This document shows, piece after piece, positions 15,995 through 24,596 of a DNA stretch of 32,000 bases. The notes under the pieces were generated by a model. The model ran no database searches. It worked only from the letters and a program-made list of their open reading frames with translations, and had not been told where the DNA came from. This DNA is from Acaryochloris marina S15 (GTDB lineage Bacteria; Cyanobacteriota; Cyanobacteriia; Thermosynechococcales; Thermosynechococcaceae). The stretch spans positions 4,110,001 through 4,142,000 of the forward strand of contig NZ_CP064923.1 of NCBI RefSeq assembly GCF_018336915.1. The letters run 5' to 3'. Numbering within the stretch: the stretch's first letter is position 1; each line of letters opens with the position of its first letter. The position numbers and the translations under genes were made by a program.

Positions 15995-18388
15995 CTACAG
16001 GAGGAGGCTATCATCTGATTCGGTCTCATCTTCCCCCGTATCGCTGAGGGCATGGGCCACATCTTGCATAAAGTTAAGGGTTTGTTGATAACGCTGCATT
16101 TCGCGCTGTTCAAGAAAGATTTTCAACCCCGTAGATAAAGCCTGTAAGCTACCCTGACGATCGCCATCTCTAAACAAAGCAACGCCTTGGTCATAATATT
16201 GTTCGGCTTCTTGCAATCGTTGTTTGCGATTACTAGCGACTGGCTTCACCTTATCCCCTGGAGGGGAATCTATCGGTGCTGAGAAGTCGCTGCTATAGCG
16301 AGACAGGGGACTCAGGGATGCACCACAATGGATACAGAATTGATTACCTGGACTATTCCCTTCATGGGTGCAGGACTTCTGTGAAGTTTGCGTAGCCTGA
16401 AGAATTTCATTTTCCTGTTGAAACAGTGACGCCATCGAATCGGTAGCGTCATCCACCCTAGACGGCGAGGGCGATGTTGAGGCTGCAGGAGACGATGGTG
16501 CTAGGGGTTGAGAAAACTCTGTTGGGGAGGCTGGTGAAGTTTTTAATGGTTGCTGGGGAGGCCGAGCGGAACGCTTAGGGGTTTGACGAATAACATGGTT
16601 TAAGTCTGCCTGGGCCGCAGCCTCATCCCCAAGAGCAGACAGGCAGCGGGCTCGTTTAACATAAGATTCTCGGTTATTCGGATCGAGGCGAATCGTACGA
16701 GAATAATCTTCGATTGCACCTTGTAAATCTCCAGCTAACGCTCGACTCTGGCCCCGATTAAAGAACGCATCTGCATCTAAAGGGTTCTGTTCTATCGCAC
16801 GGGTATGTTGGGCAATCGCCCGTTCCAAGGTTGGGGTCGTTGTCTCAGTTGGGGGGGGAGATGACTGATGTTGAGCAGAGGAGCGTTGCAGGTTCGCCGG
16901 AACAGACGGCTCTTCCTTCGTAAGGGTCGATGATTGCTCTGGTTCAGGAGGCTTGGTATCTCTGGCAATATCAGTAGCAGAAGACTCATCTGCCAAGGGT
17001 TGAACCTGTGGTGTAGAAGATGGATTAGAAACTTCAACTGCCTCTAATTCCTCGCTTGTGTCTATTTGATCGGTAGAAACATCGATCAAATCGTCAACAG
17101 AAGGCTGCTCTTGTTCCGGCTGGTCAGGAGCAGCCCCCGGTAAGGGTTGAGTTTTGGCAAAAGGACTCTGATAAGACAGCTCCTTCAGATCCTGCTTCAA
17201 CGTCTCTAGGGTCGTAGACAATTCGCCACTGAAATCACGCATCAGCCCCAAAGAATGCACCCGTGCCCAATGAATCGCCTGATTCAGGTCTTCCATAGCT
17301 GCTTGGGATTCGCCCATGGCCCCTAGGCTCTGTCCCCGCTGATAGTAGGCCTGGCTATTCTCTGGATCATCGTCAATGATCTTGGAGTAATCTGCGATCG
17401 CACCGTCCAAATCGCCTCGTTGGATGCGATTATTCGCTCGATCAAAGAACCCTTCCATCGACGTGGGTTCTAAGGGCACCGTTGCTGGATGGGGCTCTAG
17501 CTCAACGTCAGAGTCTTCAACTGACTCCACTGAAACAGGAACACTTTCTTCCAGCAGAGAAAGGGGGTAATCCGTTGCCGTTGAACTGGGAGAAGAAATA
17601 TCAACAGGCGCCTCTTTTAACATCCCTAATGCATAAGCGCGCGTATAAGCAGCCTGATGATTCGGATCATGTAGCAAGGCTTCACTAAAGTCTTTAGAAG
17701 CTTTCTCAGCCTCTCCCATTTGGGCTAAGCAATAGCCGCGATGAAAGTACGCATCTGCCAATCGAGGGTTATGTTCAATGGCCGATGTAAAGTCTTCAAT
17801 CGCTTTCCCTAACTCACCGCTCTGGCTAAGAAAAATTCCCCGCTGACAATAGGCATTCGCATCTTTGGGTAACCGCAGGATGACTTGACTGTAATCTGTC
17901 AGGGCACCGGGATGATCTCCTAGCTCAGCTCGACTATCAGCCCGTTTATAGTAGGCTTTGATGCAATAGGGGTTGATGCGAATCGCTTGACTATAATCCT
18001 GAACTGCTCGCTGAAATTCACCTTGCTGACGATAACTATTGCCCCGTTGAAAATAGGCTTCATCGTAATCTGGCAGTAGCTCAATCGCCTCGGAAAAATC
18101 ATGAATGGCAGCTTCAAATTTCCCGAGAGAATTGAACAGAAATCCCCGATTAAAATAGGCTGTGGCCTTGGCTGGATTGAGGGCAATTGCTTCATCAAAG
18201 TCTCCCAAAGCCCCATCCAGATCTCCGTTCGTAGCCCGTTTATTAGCTCGATTAATCAGGGCATCAGGATTATGAAGATTCTCACCATATATTTTAGCCA
18301 AAGAACCCCCTTCAACTGCTGGGTTACCGTCAGCAGGTGGTGGGTTGTTGGGCAATATCTTGCGGAGTCTCCTTAAAAAATCAGTCAC
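15995..18388 (-). CDS. Large tetratricopeptide-repeat protein with acidic/Pro-Ser-rich linkers and a degenerate zinc-ribbon
   Basis: It starts with GTG. Repeated TPR strings are present (AIALNPAKATAYFNRGF, AIELLPDYDEAYFQRGN, AIRINPYCIKAYYKRAD, AIEHNPRLADAYFHRGY, IIDDDPENSQAYYQRGQ, AIEQNPLDADAFFNRGQ, TIRLDPNNRESYVKRAR). Low-complexity P/S/E/Q segments also occur. CTHEGNSPGNQFCIHCGASL is encoded at 16313-16372. Confidence 0.85.
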   Translation of the reverse strand: MTDFLRRLRKILPNNPPPADGNPAVEGGSLAKIYGENLHNPDALINRANKRATNGDLDGALGDFDEAIALNPAKATAYFNRGFLFNSLGKFEAAIHDFSEAIELLPDYDEAYFQRGNSYRQQGEFQRAVQDYSQAIRINPYCIKAYYKRADSRAELGDHPGALTDYSQVILRLPKDANAYCQRGIFLSQSGELGKAIEDFTSAIEHNPRLADAYFHRGYCLAQMGEAEKASKDFSEALLHDPNHQAAYTRAYALGMLKEAPVDISSPSSTATDYPLSLLEESVPVSVESVEDSDVELEPHPATVPLEPTSMEGFFDRANNRIQRGDLDGAIADYSKIIDDDPENSQAYYQRGQSLGAMGESQAAMEDLNQAIHWARVHSLGLMRDFSGELSTTLETLKQDLKELSYQSPFAKTQPLPGAAPDQPEQEQPSVDDLIDVSTDQIDTSEELEAVEVSNPSSTPQVQPLADESSATDIARDTKPPEPEQSSTLTKEEPSVPANLQRSSAQHQSSPPPTETTTPTLERAIAQHTRAIEQNPLDADAFFNRGQSRALAGDLQGAIEDYSRTIRLDPNNRESYVKRARCLSALGDEAAAQADLNHVIRQTPKRSARPPQQPLKTSPASPTEFSQPLAPSSPAASTSPSPSRVDDATDSMASLFQQENEILQATQTSQKSCTHEGNSPGNQFCIHCGASLSPLSRYSSDFSAPIDSPPGDKVKPVASNRKQRLQEAEQYYDQGVALFRDGDRQGSLQALSTGLKIFLEQREMQRYQQTLNFMQDVAHALSDTGEDETESDDSLLL

Positions 18389-18625
18389 TGGTGGACCTAG
18401 GTTGCTGTCAAGAAAGATAAGTGAAGAAAAAGAGTTCTCGTATTCAATATCAATATAATTTCAATCTAGGTCAAGGATAACTGGGTGAATATAGTTTTTG
18501 ACTTTAGACCATGAGGTTACCTTAGAATATCGCGAGTCGTTCGGAATCTCTACAGTTTAATTCTACCAAGTGAGAATAATCCCAGGAGGATGAAAGGTGT
18601 CTTACAGGCTACGTTTTCCAACAGC

Positions 18626-18976
18626 TTAGGGAGAAGAGCGATCGTTCTTGAGAAATAGTTCATAAGAAATATAGGCAATCGAGCCGATCATAATGGCCAT
18701 CGCCAGCCACATCGCAATTTTTACCGCCACCACGACTGCCACAACAACAGCAAGGAATTTACCGACATTGACCATTTTGCGGAGGGTACGTTTAAAGGAT
18801 GATTTGGTGGGGGGAACATCCGTCACCACTTCTACTTCACGGGCCGCTGAAGGAGCCCCTTCAGGCTTGCCATAGACTTCTGATTCCAGTTCTCGCAACC
18901 GGACACTCATTTCTCGTTCTTTAAGTTCTTGTTCCCGACGTCGTAAATCTTCTTCTGGATTTTGATTCGAAGTCAT
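18626..18976 (-). CDS. Hypothetical small membrane protein (charged coiled-coil N-terminus, C-terminal TM segments)
   Basis: It has an ATG start and is 116 aa. EEDLRRREQELKEREMSVRLRELESE is followed by FLAVVVAVVVAVKIAMWLAMAIMIGSIAYISY. I recognise no family. Confidence 0.55.
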   Translation of the reverse strand: MTSNQNPEEDLRRREQELKEREMSVRLRELESEVYGKPEGAPSAAREVEVVTDVPPTKSSFKRTLRKMVNVGKFLAVVVAVVVAVKIAMWLAMAIMIGSIAYISYELFLKNDRSSP

Positions 18977-19211
18977 AACAATAGTGAGGATAAGCTAAAA
19001 ATTAATGGGCTTGAACAATGGCTTTGGGGCCAACAATAGCCTTGAGAATGCAATCTACCTGCTTTCCTTAGATTGCCCAAATTCAGCACTTTTGAAAACA
19101 GAAGAATCGAGTCAGAAATACTGAGAGATTGATAACAGCATTGAACATAATCTACAGGAATAAGTATCAATCGCTAGCATAAAGTATGGATATCGAAATC
19201 AAAGGGTTTGC

Positions 19212-20390
19212 ATGTCGACTCGAATCAAACAGCTTGCTGAAACACTCTCTCCTCGACTGATTGAGATTCGGCGTCATCTGCACAGTTACCCAGAGTTAAG
19301 TGGTCAGGAATATCAAACGTCTGCTTATGTCGCCGGCATTCTATCTTCCTATGGGTTGCATGTTCGGGAGGGAGTGGGCAAAACAGGGGTGATCGGTGAA
19401 TTAAAAGGAGAAGGAGACGATTCTCGGCAGCTCGCCATTCGCACGGATATGGATGCCCTGCCCATCCAAGAAATGACTCAGCTAGAGTTTTCCTCTCGCA
19501 AGCCAGGGGTGATGCATGCCTGTGGCCATGATATTCACACCACCATTGGCTTGGGCACCGCCATGGTGTTGTCGGCTATGCAGGATCAGATTCCGGGCAA
19601 GCTCCGCTTTCTGTTCCAACCCGCAGAAGAAATTGCCCAAGGGGCTAGATGGATGGTGGCAGATGGGGCGATGGAAAACGTTGATGCGATTTTGTCAGTG
19701 CATGTATTTCCGAGTGTTCCGGCTGGATCGGTCGCAGTAAGATATGGGGCCCTAACAGCAGCAGCCGATAACTTAGAGATTACGATTATGGGAGAAGCGG
19801 GTCACGGAGCCCGCCCCCATGAAGCAGTGGATGCAATCTGGATTGCGGCCCAGGTGATCACAACCCTACAACAGGCCATTAGCCGCACCCAGAATCCTTT
19901 ACGTCCGGTCGTATTAACCATTGGTCAAATGAAGGGAGGACGGGCTCCAAATGTGATTGCGGATCAGGTCCAAATGCAGGGAACAGTGAGATCCCTGCAT
20001 CCAGAAACCCGAGCACAACTCCCCCAGTGGATTGAAGATATTGTCGCCAGCGTCTGCCGTCCCTACGGTGCCCGCTACCATGTGGATTATCAAGCGGGGG
20101 TGCCGTCAGTGCATAATACGGCTAGCTTGACCCAGTTAATCGAAACGGCCGCCCAAGACGTTTGCGGTAGCCACAATGTACGAGTCCTCACGGAGCCCTC
20201 TCTGGGGGCAGAAGATTTCTCCCTTTATTTGGAGCATGCCCCCGGCGCCATGTTCCGCCTAGGGGTGGGGAAGGCCGACCAGGCCAATCCCCCCCTCCAT
20301 CACCCCCAGTTTGAAGCTCAAGAATCTGCTATTGTCACAGGGGTAATGACGATGGCCAATGCTGCTCTGAACTATTGGCAGCAGGTCTAG
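19212..20390 (+). CDS. M20-family amidohydrolase (N-acyl-L-amino-acid amidohydrolase/hippurate-hydrolase type, M20D)
   Basis: Motifs are LIEIRRHLHSYPELSGQEYQTS, IRTDMDALPI, MHACGHDIHT, FQPAEE and HHPQF. These are typical of the ILR1/AmhX/HipO amidohydrolase group. Confidence 0.9.
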   Translation: MSTRIKQLAETLSPRLIEIRRHLHSYPELSGQEYQTSAYVAGILSSYGLHVREGVGKTGVIGELKGEGDDSRQLAIRTDMDALPIQEMTQLEFSSRKPGVMHACGHDIHTTIGLGTAMVLSAMQDQIPGKLRFLFQPAEEIAQGARWMVADGAMENVDAILSVHVFPSVPAGSVAVRYGALTAAADNLEITIMGEAGHGARPHEAVDAIWIAAQVITTLQQAISRTQNPLRPVVLTIGQMKGGRAPNVIADQVQMQGTVRSLHPETRAQLPQWIEDIVASVCRPYGARYHVDYQAGVPSVHNTASLTQLIETAAQDVCGSHNVRVLTEPSLGAEDFSLYLEHAPGAMFRLGVGKADQANPPLHHPQFEAQESAIVTGVMTMANAALNYWQQV

Positions 20391-21226
20391 GACTGGAGAT
20401 CGAAGTGGAGACAGAAGAACAACTTGCCCCCCAACGGAAGGGTCGCCTGATTTCACAGGTTCTCACCCCAGCGATCAAATTGTGGTTGCGATCGCAACTT
20501 GATCACATCGATGATCTCCAACTTCAAATCGACAGCGGCAATCGTGAACTGCTATCAGGCTCAATCCCGAAAGTATTTCTATCAGCAGCCCAAGCCGTAT
20601 ATCAAGGCATTCACCTCAGCCGCGCCCAAGTCATTGCTGAAAATATCAGTACTAACTTCCGGCAGGTCCTACGAGGCAAAGCGATTCGGCTCTTAGAACC
20701 CCTATCCATTCAACTTGATGCGGCCCTGACCTCTGCAGATCTAGCGGCATCGACCGACTCGGAACTCTTCCAAAAAGCGATGAAGTTGGGGTTGGTGCCT
20801 CTGATTGAACAACAGCTGAGTGGGGTGTCTGACTGGCCCTTCCCTAGCTGGCAGCCTGGGGCTACACCCGAGATTCAATTATCAGCCGTGCGGATGGAAC
20901 TGAGTTGCGATGGCCGAAGGCCGGTTGGAAACCATCGCATCCAGATACAGGCTCAAGTCCAACATCCCATAACCGAAAAACTGCAAGCTATTGTCTTGGA
21001 CACAGGGTTAGTCCTCGTCAACCCCCATGAGTTGCGTCTAGAGCAGCCTCAGGGGTTCTATCCACCCGCCAATCAGCCCATTCCATTGACCCACCTGCAT
21101 GACTTTAGGTTTGATCTAGGGACCGATGTCCAACTCACCATCCTGCAAATTACAGAAGCAGCCATTCTTTGTCAGGGGACAATTAAAATCATGCCTGTCC
21201 AAGCTGAAGAATCAGCCCTAGACTGA
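20375..21226 (+). CDS. Hypothetical protein, possibly DUF2993/LmeA-like
   Basis: The frame is 283 codons. There is no ATG near the 5' end. Candidate starts are TTG at 20375 (a 16-nt overlap with the M20 gene) or GTG at 20405. The string LWLRSQLDHIDDLQLQIDSGNRELLSGSIPKVFLSAAQAVYQGIHLSRAQVIAENISTNFRQVLRGKAIRLLEP resembles cyanobacterial DUF2993 proteins as I remember them. The family call is tentative. Confidence 0.55.
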   Translation: MAAGLGLEIEVETEEQLAPQRKGRLISQVLTPAIKLWLRSQLDHIDDLQLQIDSGNRELLSGSIPKVFLSAAQAVYQGIHLSRAQVIAENISTNFRQVLRGKAIRLLEPLSIQLDAALTSADLAASTDSELFQKAMKLGLVPLIEQQLSGVSDWPFPSWQPGATPEIQLSAVRMELSCDGRRPVGNHRIQIQAQVQHPITEKLQAIVLDTGLVLVNPHELRLEQPQGFYPPANQPIPLTHLHDFRFDLGTDVQLTILQITEAAILCQGTIKIMPVQAEESALD

Positions 21227-21261
21227 AGGCATACTCTTCCTCACATCAAGGCGAGCACCGC

Positions 21262-22047
21262 ATGACCTACTGTTTAGGCGTCATCACCCGCTATGGGCTG
21301 ATTATGGCAGCTGATTCCCGCACCAATGCAGGGGTTGATTATGTTTCGACAGCCCAAAAATTATTTGATCTCTCTCGTCCTGGAGAGCGAGTGATACTCG
21401 TCTGTACTGCGGGAAATTTGTCTATGACCCAAAGTGTACTGACGTTAATTCGGCGCGATCGCAAAGCAGGAGTTCAGGGCAATATTAACGAACTCACCAC
21501 CATGTACGACGTTGCCCATTACTTCGGTGAAAAAACGCGCCAAGTCCTCGATCAACACCAAGATTGGCTGCAAAAAGACAACATTAGTGCCAACTGTAGT
21601 TTTTTAGTGGGGGGCCAGATTAAAGGCGAATTGCCAGAACTCTATATGGTCTACAGCCAAGGCAATTTTCTGCGCGCTACACGCAACTCGCCTTTTTTAC
21701 AAATTGGTGAAATCAAGTATGGGAAACCGATACTCGATCGCATCATTAATTATGACGAGACCTCCCTAGATGCCGCCGCTAAATGCACCCTGCTCTCCCT
21801 AGATTCGACGATGAAGTCCAATATTTCTGTAGGCCCCCCCATCAATATGGCCATGTATGAAGCCGATACCCTGAAAGTCGGATATCGGCTCAAATTGGAA
21901 CGGGGTGACCCCTATTTATTGCGCTTACGGAAATCTTGGGAAACCTCTCTCCGGCAAGCCTTCAAGAAACTGCCAGACCTAGCTTGGCATGACAACGAAG
22001 ACCAAGACCAAGATAATCATCTGGTGATGACGGATATCTTGCCTTAG
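21262..22047 (+). CDS. Anbu-type proteasome-beta-like peptidase (Ntn hydrolase, T1 family)
   Basis: The N-terminus MTYCLGVITRYGLIMAADSRTNAGVDYVSTAQKLF places Thr directly after the initiator Met with no propeptide. Counting Thr as residue 1, Asp is at position 17 and Lys at position 32. This is the pattern of 'ancestral beta subunit' (Anbu) proteins. It neighbours the ATP-grasp/alpha-E/transglutaminase genes that typify Anbu loci. Confidence 0.85.
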   Translation: MTYCLGVITRYGLIMAADSRTNAGVDYVSTAQKLFDLSRPGERVILVCTAGNLSMTQSVLTLIRRDRKAGVQGNINELTTMYDVAHYFGEKTRQVLDQHQDWLQKDNISANCSFLVGGQIKGELPELYMVYSQGNFLRATRNSPFLQIGEIKYGKPILDRIINYDETSLDAAAKCTLLSLDSTMKSNISVGPPINMAMYEADTLKVGYRLKLERGDPYLLRLRKSWETSLRQAFKKLPDLAWHDNEDQDQDNHLVMTDILP

Positions 22048-22066
22048 GATTCCTCTTGATCAAACA

Positions 22067-22624
22067 TTAGGATTTGTCGGTAATTTTAAACGAAGTGAGG
22101 AACTTGGTCGCCTTATCGTCAAATGCCTTGCCGGTATTTTCGCCCATGGCTAGCACTTGATAGAGTCGGTTGCCGGAGAAGCAGAATTTACCAGCCATGG
22201 AGGCATCCTTAGACTTATACTTACCCGTTGCCTGAAAGTCCCGACAAGGAACGCCATTCACCTCTGTTTCTTTCTCATTACTAACCTTGCCATTAATACT
22301 GGATGCAACTGCACCTTTGATGGCAGTAGACATCAATTGCTGGATGGGGATAGGGGGTTTGGCATCGCCGGGAAATTCCATAAAGGCCACCACAAAAGCC
22401 TCTTTCCCTAAATCAAGTTGCGCAATTTCCATATTCAGCTTTTCTCCGCCAGGAGCAGGAATGGCTTTCGTTTCTTCTTTAGGAGTACCTGGCATCGAAA
22501 CCGAATATTTCCCTTGCGTAGAAGAGTAGTCCTTCCAAGCTGCAGAACTGCAAGCGCTAATCGTCAAAGCAGTCATTCCACCCAAGATGGAAAGGGCAGT
22601 AAAGGACGTTCCCTTATTTCTCAT
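22067..22624 (-). CDS. Hypothetical lipoprotein
   Basis: ATG at 22624 gives MRNKGTSFTALSILGGMTALTISAC-SS, which is a signal peptide plus a lipobox Cys. I recognise no family for the mature part. Confidence 0.7.
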   Translation of the reverse strand: MRNKGTSFTALSILGGMTALTISACSSAAWKDYSSTQGKYSVSMPGTPKEETKAIPAPGGEKLNMEIAQLDLGKEAFVVAFMEFPGDAKPPIPIQQLMSTAIKGAVASSINGKVSNEKETEVNGVPCRDFQATGKYKSKDASMAGKFCFSGNRLYQVLAMGENTGKAFDDKATKFLTSFKITDKS

Positions 22625-22768
22625 GTACAAAAATCTCCCAAAGTTTTGAGCACAAGCTCGTCGTTACTCAGTATGACCAGTTTGCCTAGCATCCTGACAG
22701 ATGCCAGTGATGAATACAGATTTCGTGGGTGGAAGAGTTCACGAGGGATCATTCTCTACCAGGGCACT

Positions 22769-23608
22769 TCATTGGCTATGGACAGAGACCCTATAGGTAG
22801 GGATAGGACTACTGTTTCCGCCCCGCAGACTGCCTGAGATGGGTTGAGTTTGCTGGGGCCAAGCACTCACCATCACCGCCACATGGCGATCACAAACGAC
22901 TAAACCCATAGTGGGATCGTAGCCTCGCCAGCCTGCTCCTGGTAAATAGACTTCGGCCCAAGCATGAAGGGTTTGCTCTTGACTTGGCTCCCCCGCCTCA
23001 TAACCACTGACAAAGCGGGTCGCTAACCCCATGCCGCGACAAGCAGCCATAAATAGCCAGACAAAGTCTCGGCACGTTCCCTGTTTTTGCTGCCAAGTCA
23101 GCCAAGGAGGCTGGGGTTGCCCCGTTTCTCGGGTTTGGTATTGGCAAGATTGATTAATTTGTAAATTAAGTTGGGTCAGGAAGTTGATCACATTGCTATC
23201 TACCGCCATTGCAATCTCCTGAGCAAGCTGGGTAGCAACCGCATCTAAATCAGAGTAGAGATAGGGATACAGAATGGCCTTAAGGGAACTGGGATAGTCA
23301 ACGGGAAAGTGCGTTGCCCAGGAGTCCAATAAATAGTTAAAGGGGTTGGTGCAAGTCGTTATCACCTCGGATGTTGCGGTCACTTGCAGCGTGGTCAATG
23401 GGGTTTCTGGCCACCAGCAACGCATCACCGTATTCCCTTCCGCATCTAAAGCCTGGTTTAACCCCATCGGCTCAGGCACAATCTGCAGATCAAAATTGGA
23501 GACCTGCTGCTCCCCCATACTCCGAGGACGAAGCCGCAAAAGATGTGGCCCCAATTCGGCGGCCTGAGGATAGGTATAGGTCGTGGCATGAACAATCGTA
23601 AAATGCAC
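22769..23608 (-). CDS. Transglutaminase-family protein (Bact_transglu_N plus transglutaminase core)
   Basis: It starts with GTG. The N-terminus (V)HFTIVHATTYTYPQAAELGPHLLRLRPRS is typical. The catalytic Cys is in QGTCRDFVWLFMAACRGMGLATRFVSGY, His in HAWAEVYLPGAGW and Asp in GYDPT. It begins 4 nt after the alpha-E stop. Confidence 0.9.
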   Translation of the reverse strand: MHFTIVHATTYTYPQAAELGPHLLRLRPRSMGEQQVSNFDLQIVPEPMGLNQALDAEGNTVMRCWWPETPLTTLQVTATSEVITTCTNPFNYLLDSWATHFPVDYPSSLKAILYPYLYSDLDAVATQLAQEIAMAVDSNVINFLTQLNLQINQSCQYQTRETGQPQPPWLTWQQKQGTCRDFVWLFMAACRGMGLATRFVSGYEAGEPSQEQTLHAWAEVYLPGAGWRGYDPTMGLVVCDRHVAVMVSAWPQQTQPISGSLRGGNSSPIPTYRVSVHSQ

Positions 23609-23612
23609 AAGT

Positions 23613-24596
23613 TTAAGACTGAGATTGAATTTGTAGATGGGTGTGGACAGGACGGCGATCCAAAAAGGTTTTAAAGATTTCCTGATCCACTTGATTCATC
23701 TGCTGTTGCAATCGATCCAAAAATTGATGCATTCCTCCCTCAATAATTTCTTCAACCGTTAGAAACTCTAATTCGGAGCGCAAACGGCCAATGGACCGTT
23801 CCGCAGGGTTGCACCAGGATCCTAAAGGACTGCCGGAGACTAAATGCAAAGACCGTTCGACCTGAACCGCACAAAATCGAATAGAACGGGGAAAATCTGG
23901 ATCAAGGATCAGAAAATCTGCCACCTCTGCGGGGGTAATTAAGTGCCGATTGCTGCGTTTACGATACATTTCATAGGCACTGGTGGATTTTAACAGGGCA
24001 ATCCAGCCTAATTCATCAATCGGAGTTCCCATATGCTGAAGGGACGGCAAGAGCATAAAGTATTTGACATCCAGGATACGGGAAGTTTTATCTGCCCGTT
24101 CTAATAAGCGTCCCATTTGGCCAAAATGCCAGCCCTCATTATGGGAAATGGTCGCGTCCATAATCCCGGCAAAGAGGTGGCTGGCCTGCCTTACTTCTTC
24201 CAAAAATTGGTTCAGATCGGCCAAAGCTAAATCGTCTGCCGTATTGGCCACCAGCAAATAAAAGGCATTAACATGCTGCCACATTTCTGTGGAGATCACT
24301 TCTCGCACCGATCGAGCATTTTCTCTGGCTTTTTGTAAACAAGAGATCAAGGAATTGGGATATTGATGGTCAAAGGTGAGGAACTTAATGACGTTTTCAG
24401 CATTGGCTTCCCCATAGTGCTGCTCAAAGAAATCTTTATCCCCGGTGGTGGCAACTAGGGGCTGCCACTGCTGCTGCACCCGGGTCGGCAGATCCAAAAT
24501 TAAGTTGAGATTGACCTCTAGGAAACGAGCAACATTTTCGGCTCTCTCAATGTAGCGATTGAGCCAAAAGATAGAATCGGCAACACGACTAAGCAT
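23613..24596 (-). CDS. Alpha-E domain protein (DUF403 family)
   Basis: ATG at 24596 gives MLSRVADSIFWLNRYIERAENVARFLEVN, the canonical alpha-E start. It overlaps the ATP-grasp gene by 8 nt (ATGCTTAG). The ORF-track extension to 24638 is unlikely. Confidence 0.9.
   Translation of the reverse strand: MLSRVADSIFWLNRYIERAENVARFLEVNLNLILDLPTRVQQQWQPLVATTGDKDFFEQHYGEANAENVIKFLTFDHQYPNSLISCLQKARENARSVREVISTEMWQHVNAFYLLVANTADDLALADLNQFLEEVRQASHLFAGIMDATISHNEGWHFGQMGRLLERADKTSRILDVKYFMLLPSLQHMGTPIDELGWIALLKSTSAYEMYRKRSNRHLITPAEVADFLILDPDFPRSIRFCAVQVERSLHLVSGSPLGSWCNPAERSIGRLRSELEFLTVEEIIEGGMHQFLDRLQQQMNQVDQEIFKTFLDRRPVHTHLQIQSQS

Noticed and set aside
18590-18658. A 22-codon plus-strand ORF (MKGVLQATFSNSLGRRAIVLEK) whose ATG directly follows AGGAGG.
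   Set aside because: The SD-like sequence abuts the ATG with no spacer. The ORF overlaps the 3' end of the minus-strand gene 18626..18976. There is no supporting evidence.
18973-19170. A 65-aa minus-strand ORF in the intergenic region upstream of the M20 amidohydrolase gene.
   Set aside because: It has no recognisable motif and an odd composition (Cys/Ser/Leu-rich). It abuts the start of the 18626..18976 gene. It is most likely a chance ORF in a promoter region.
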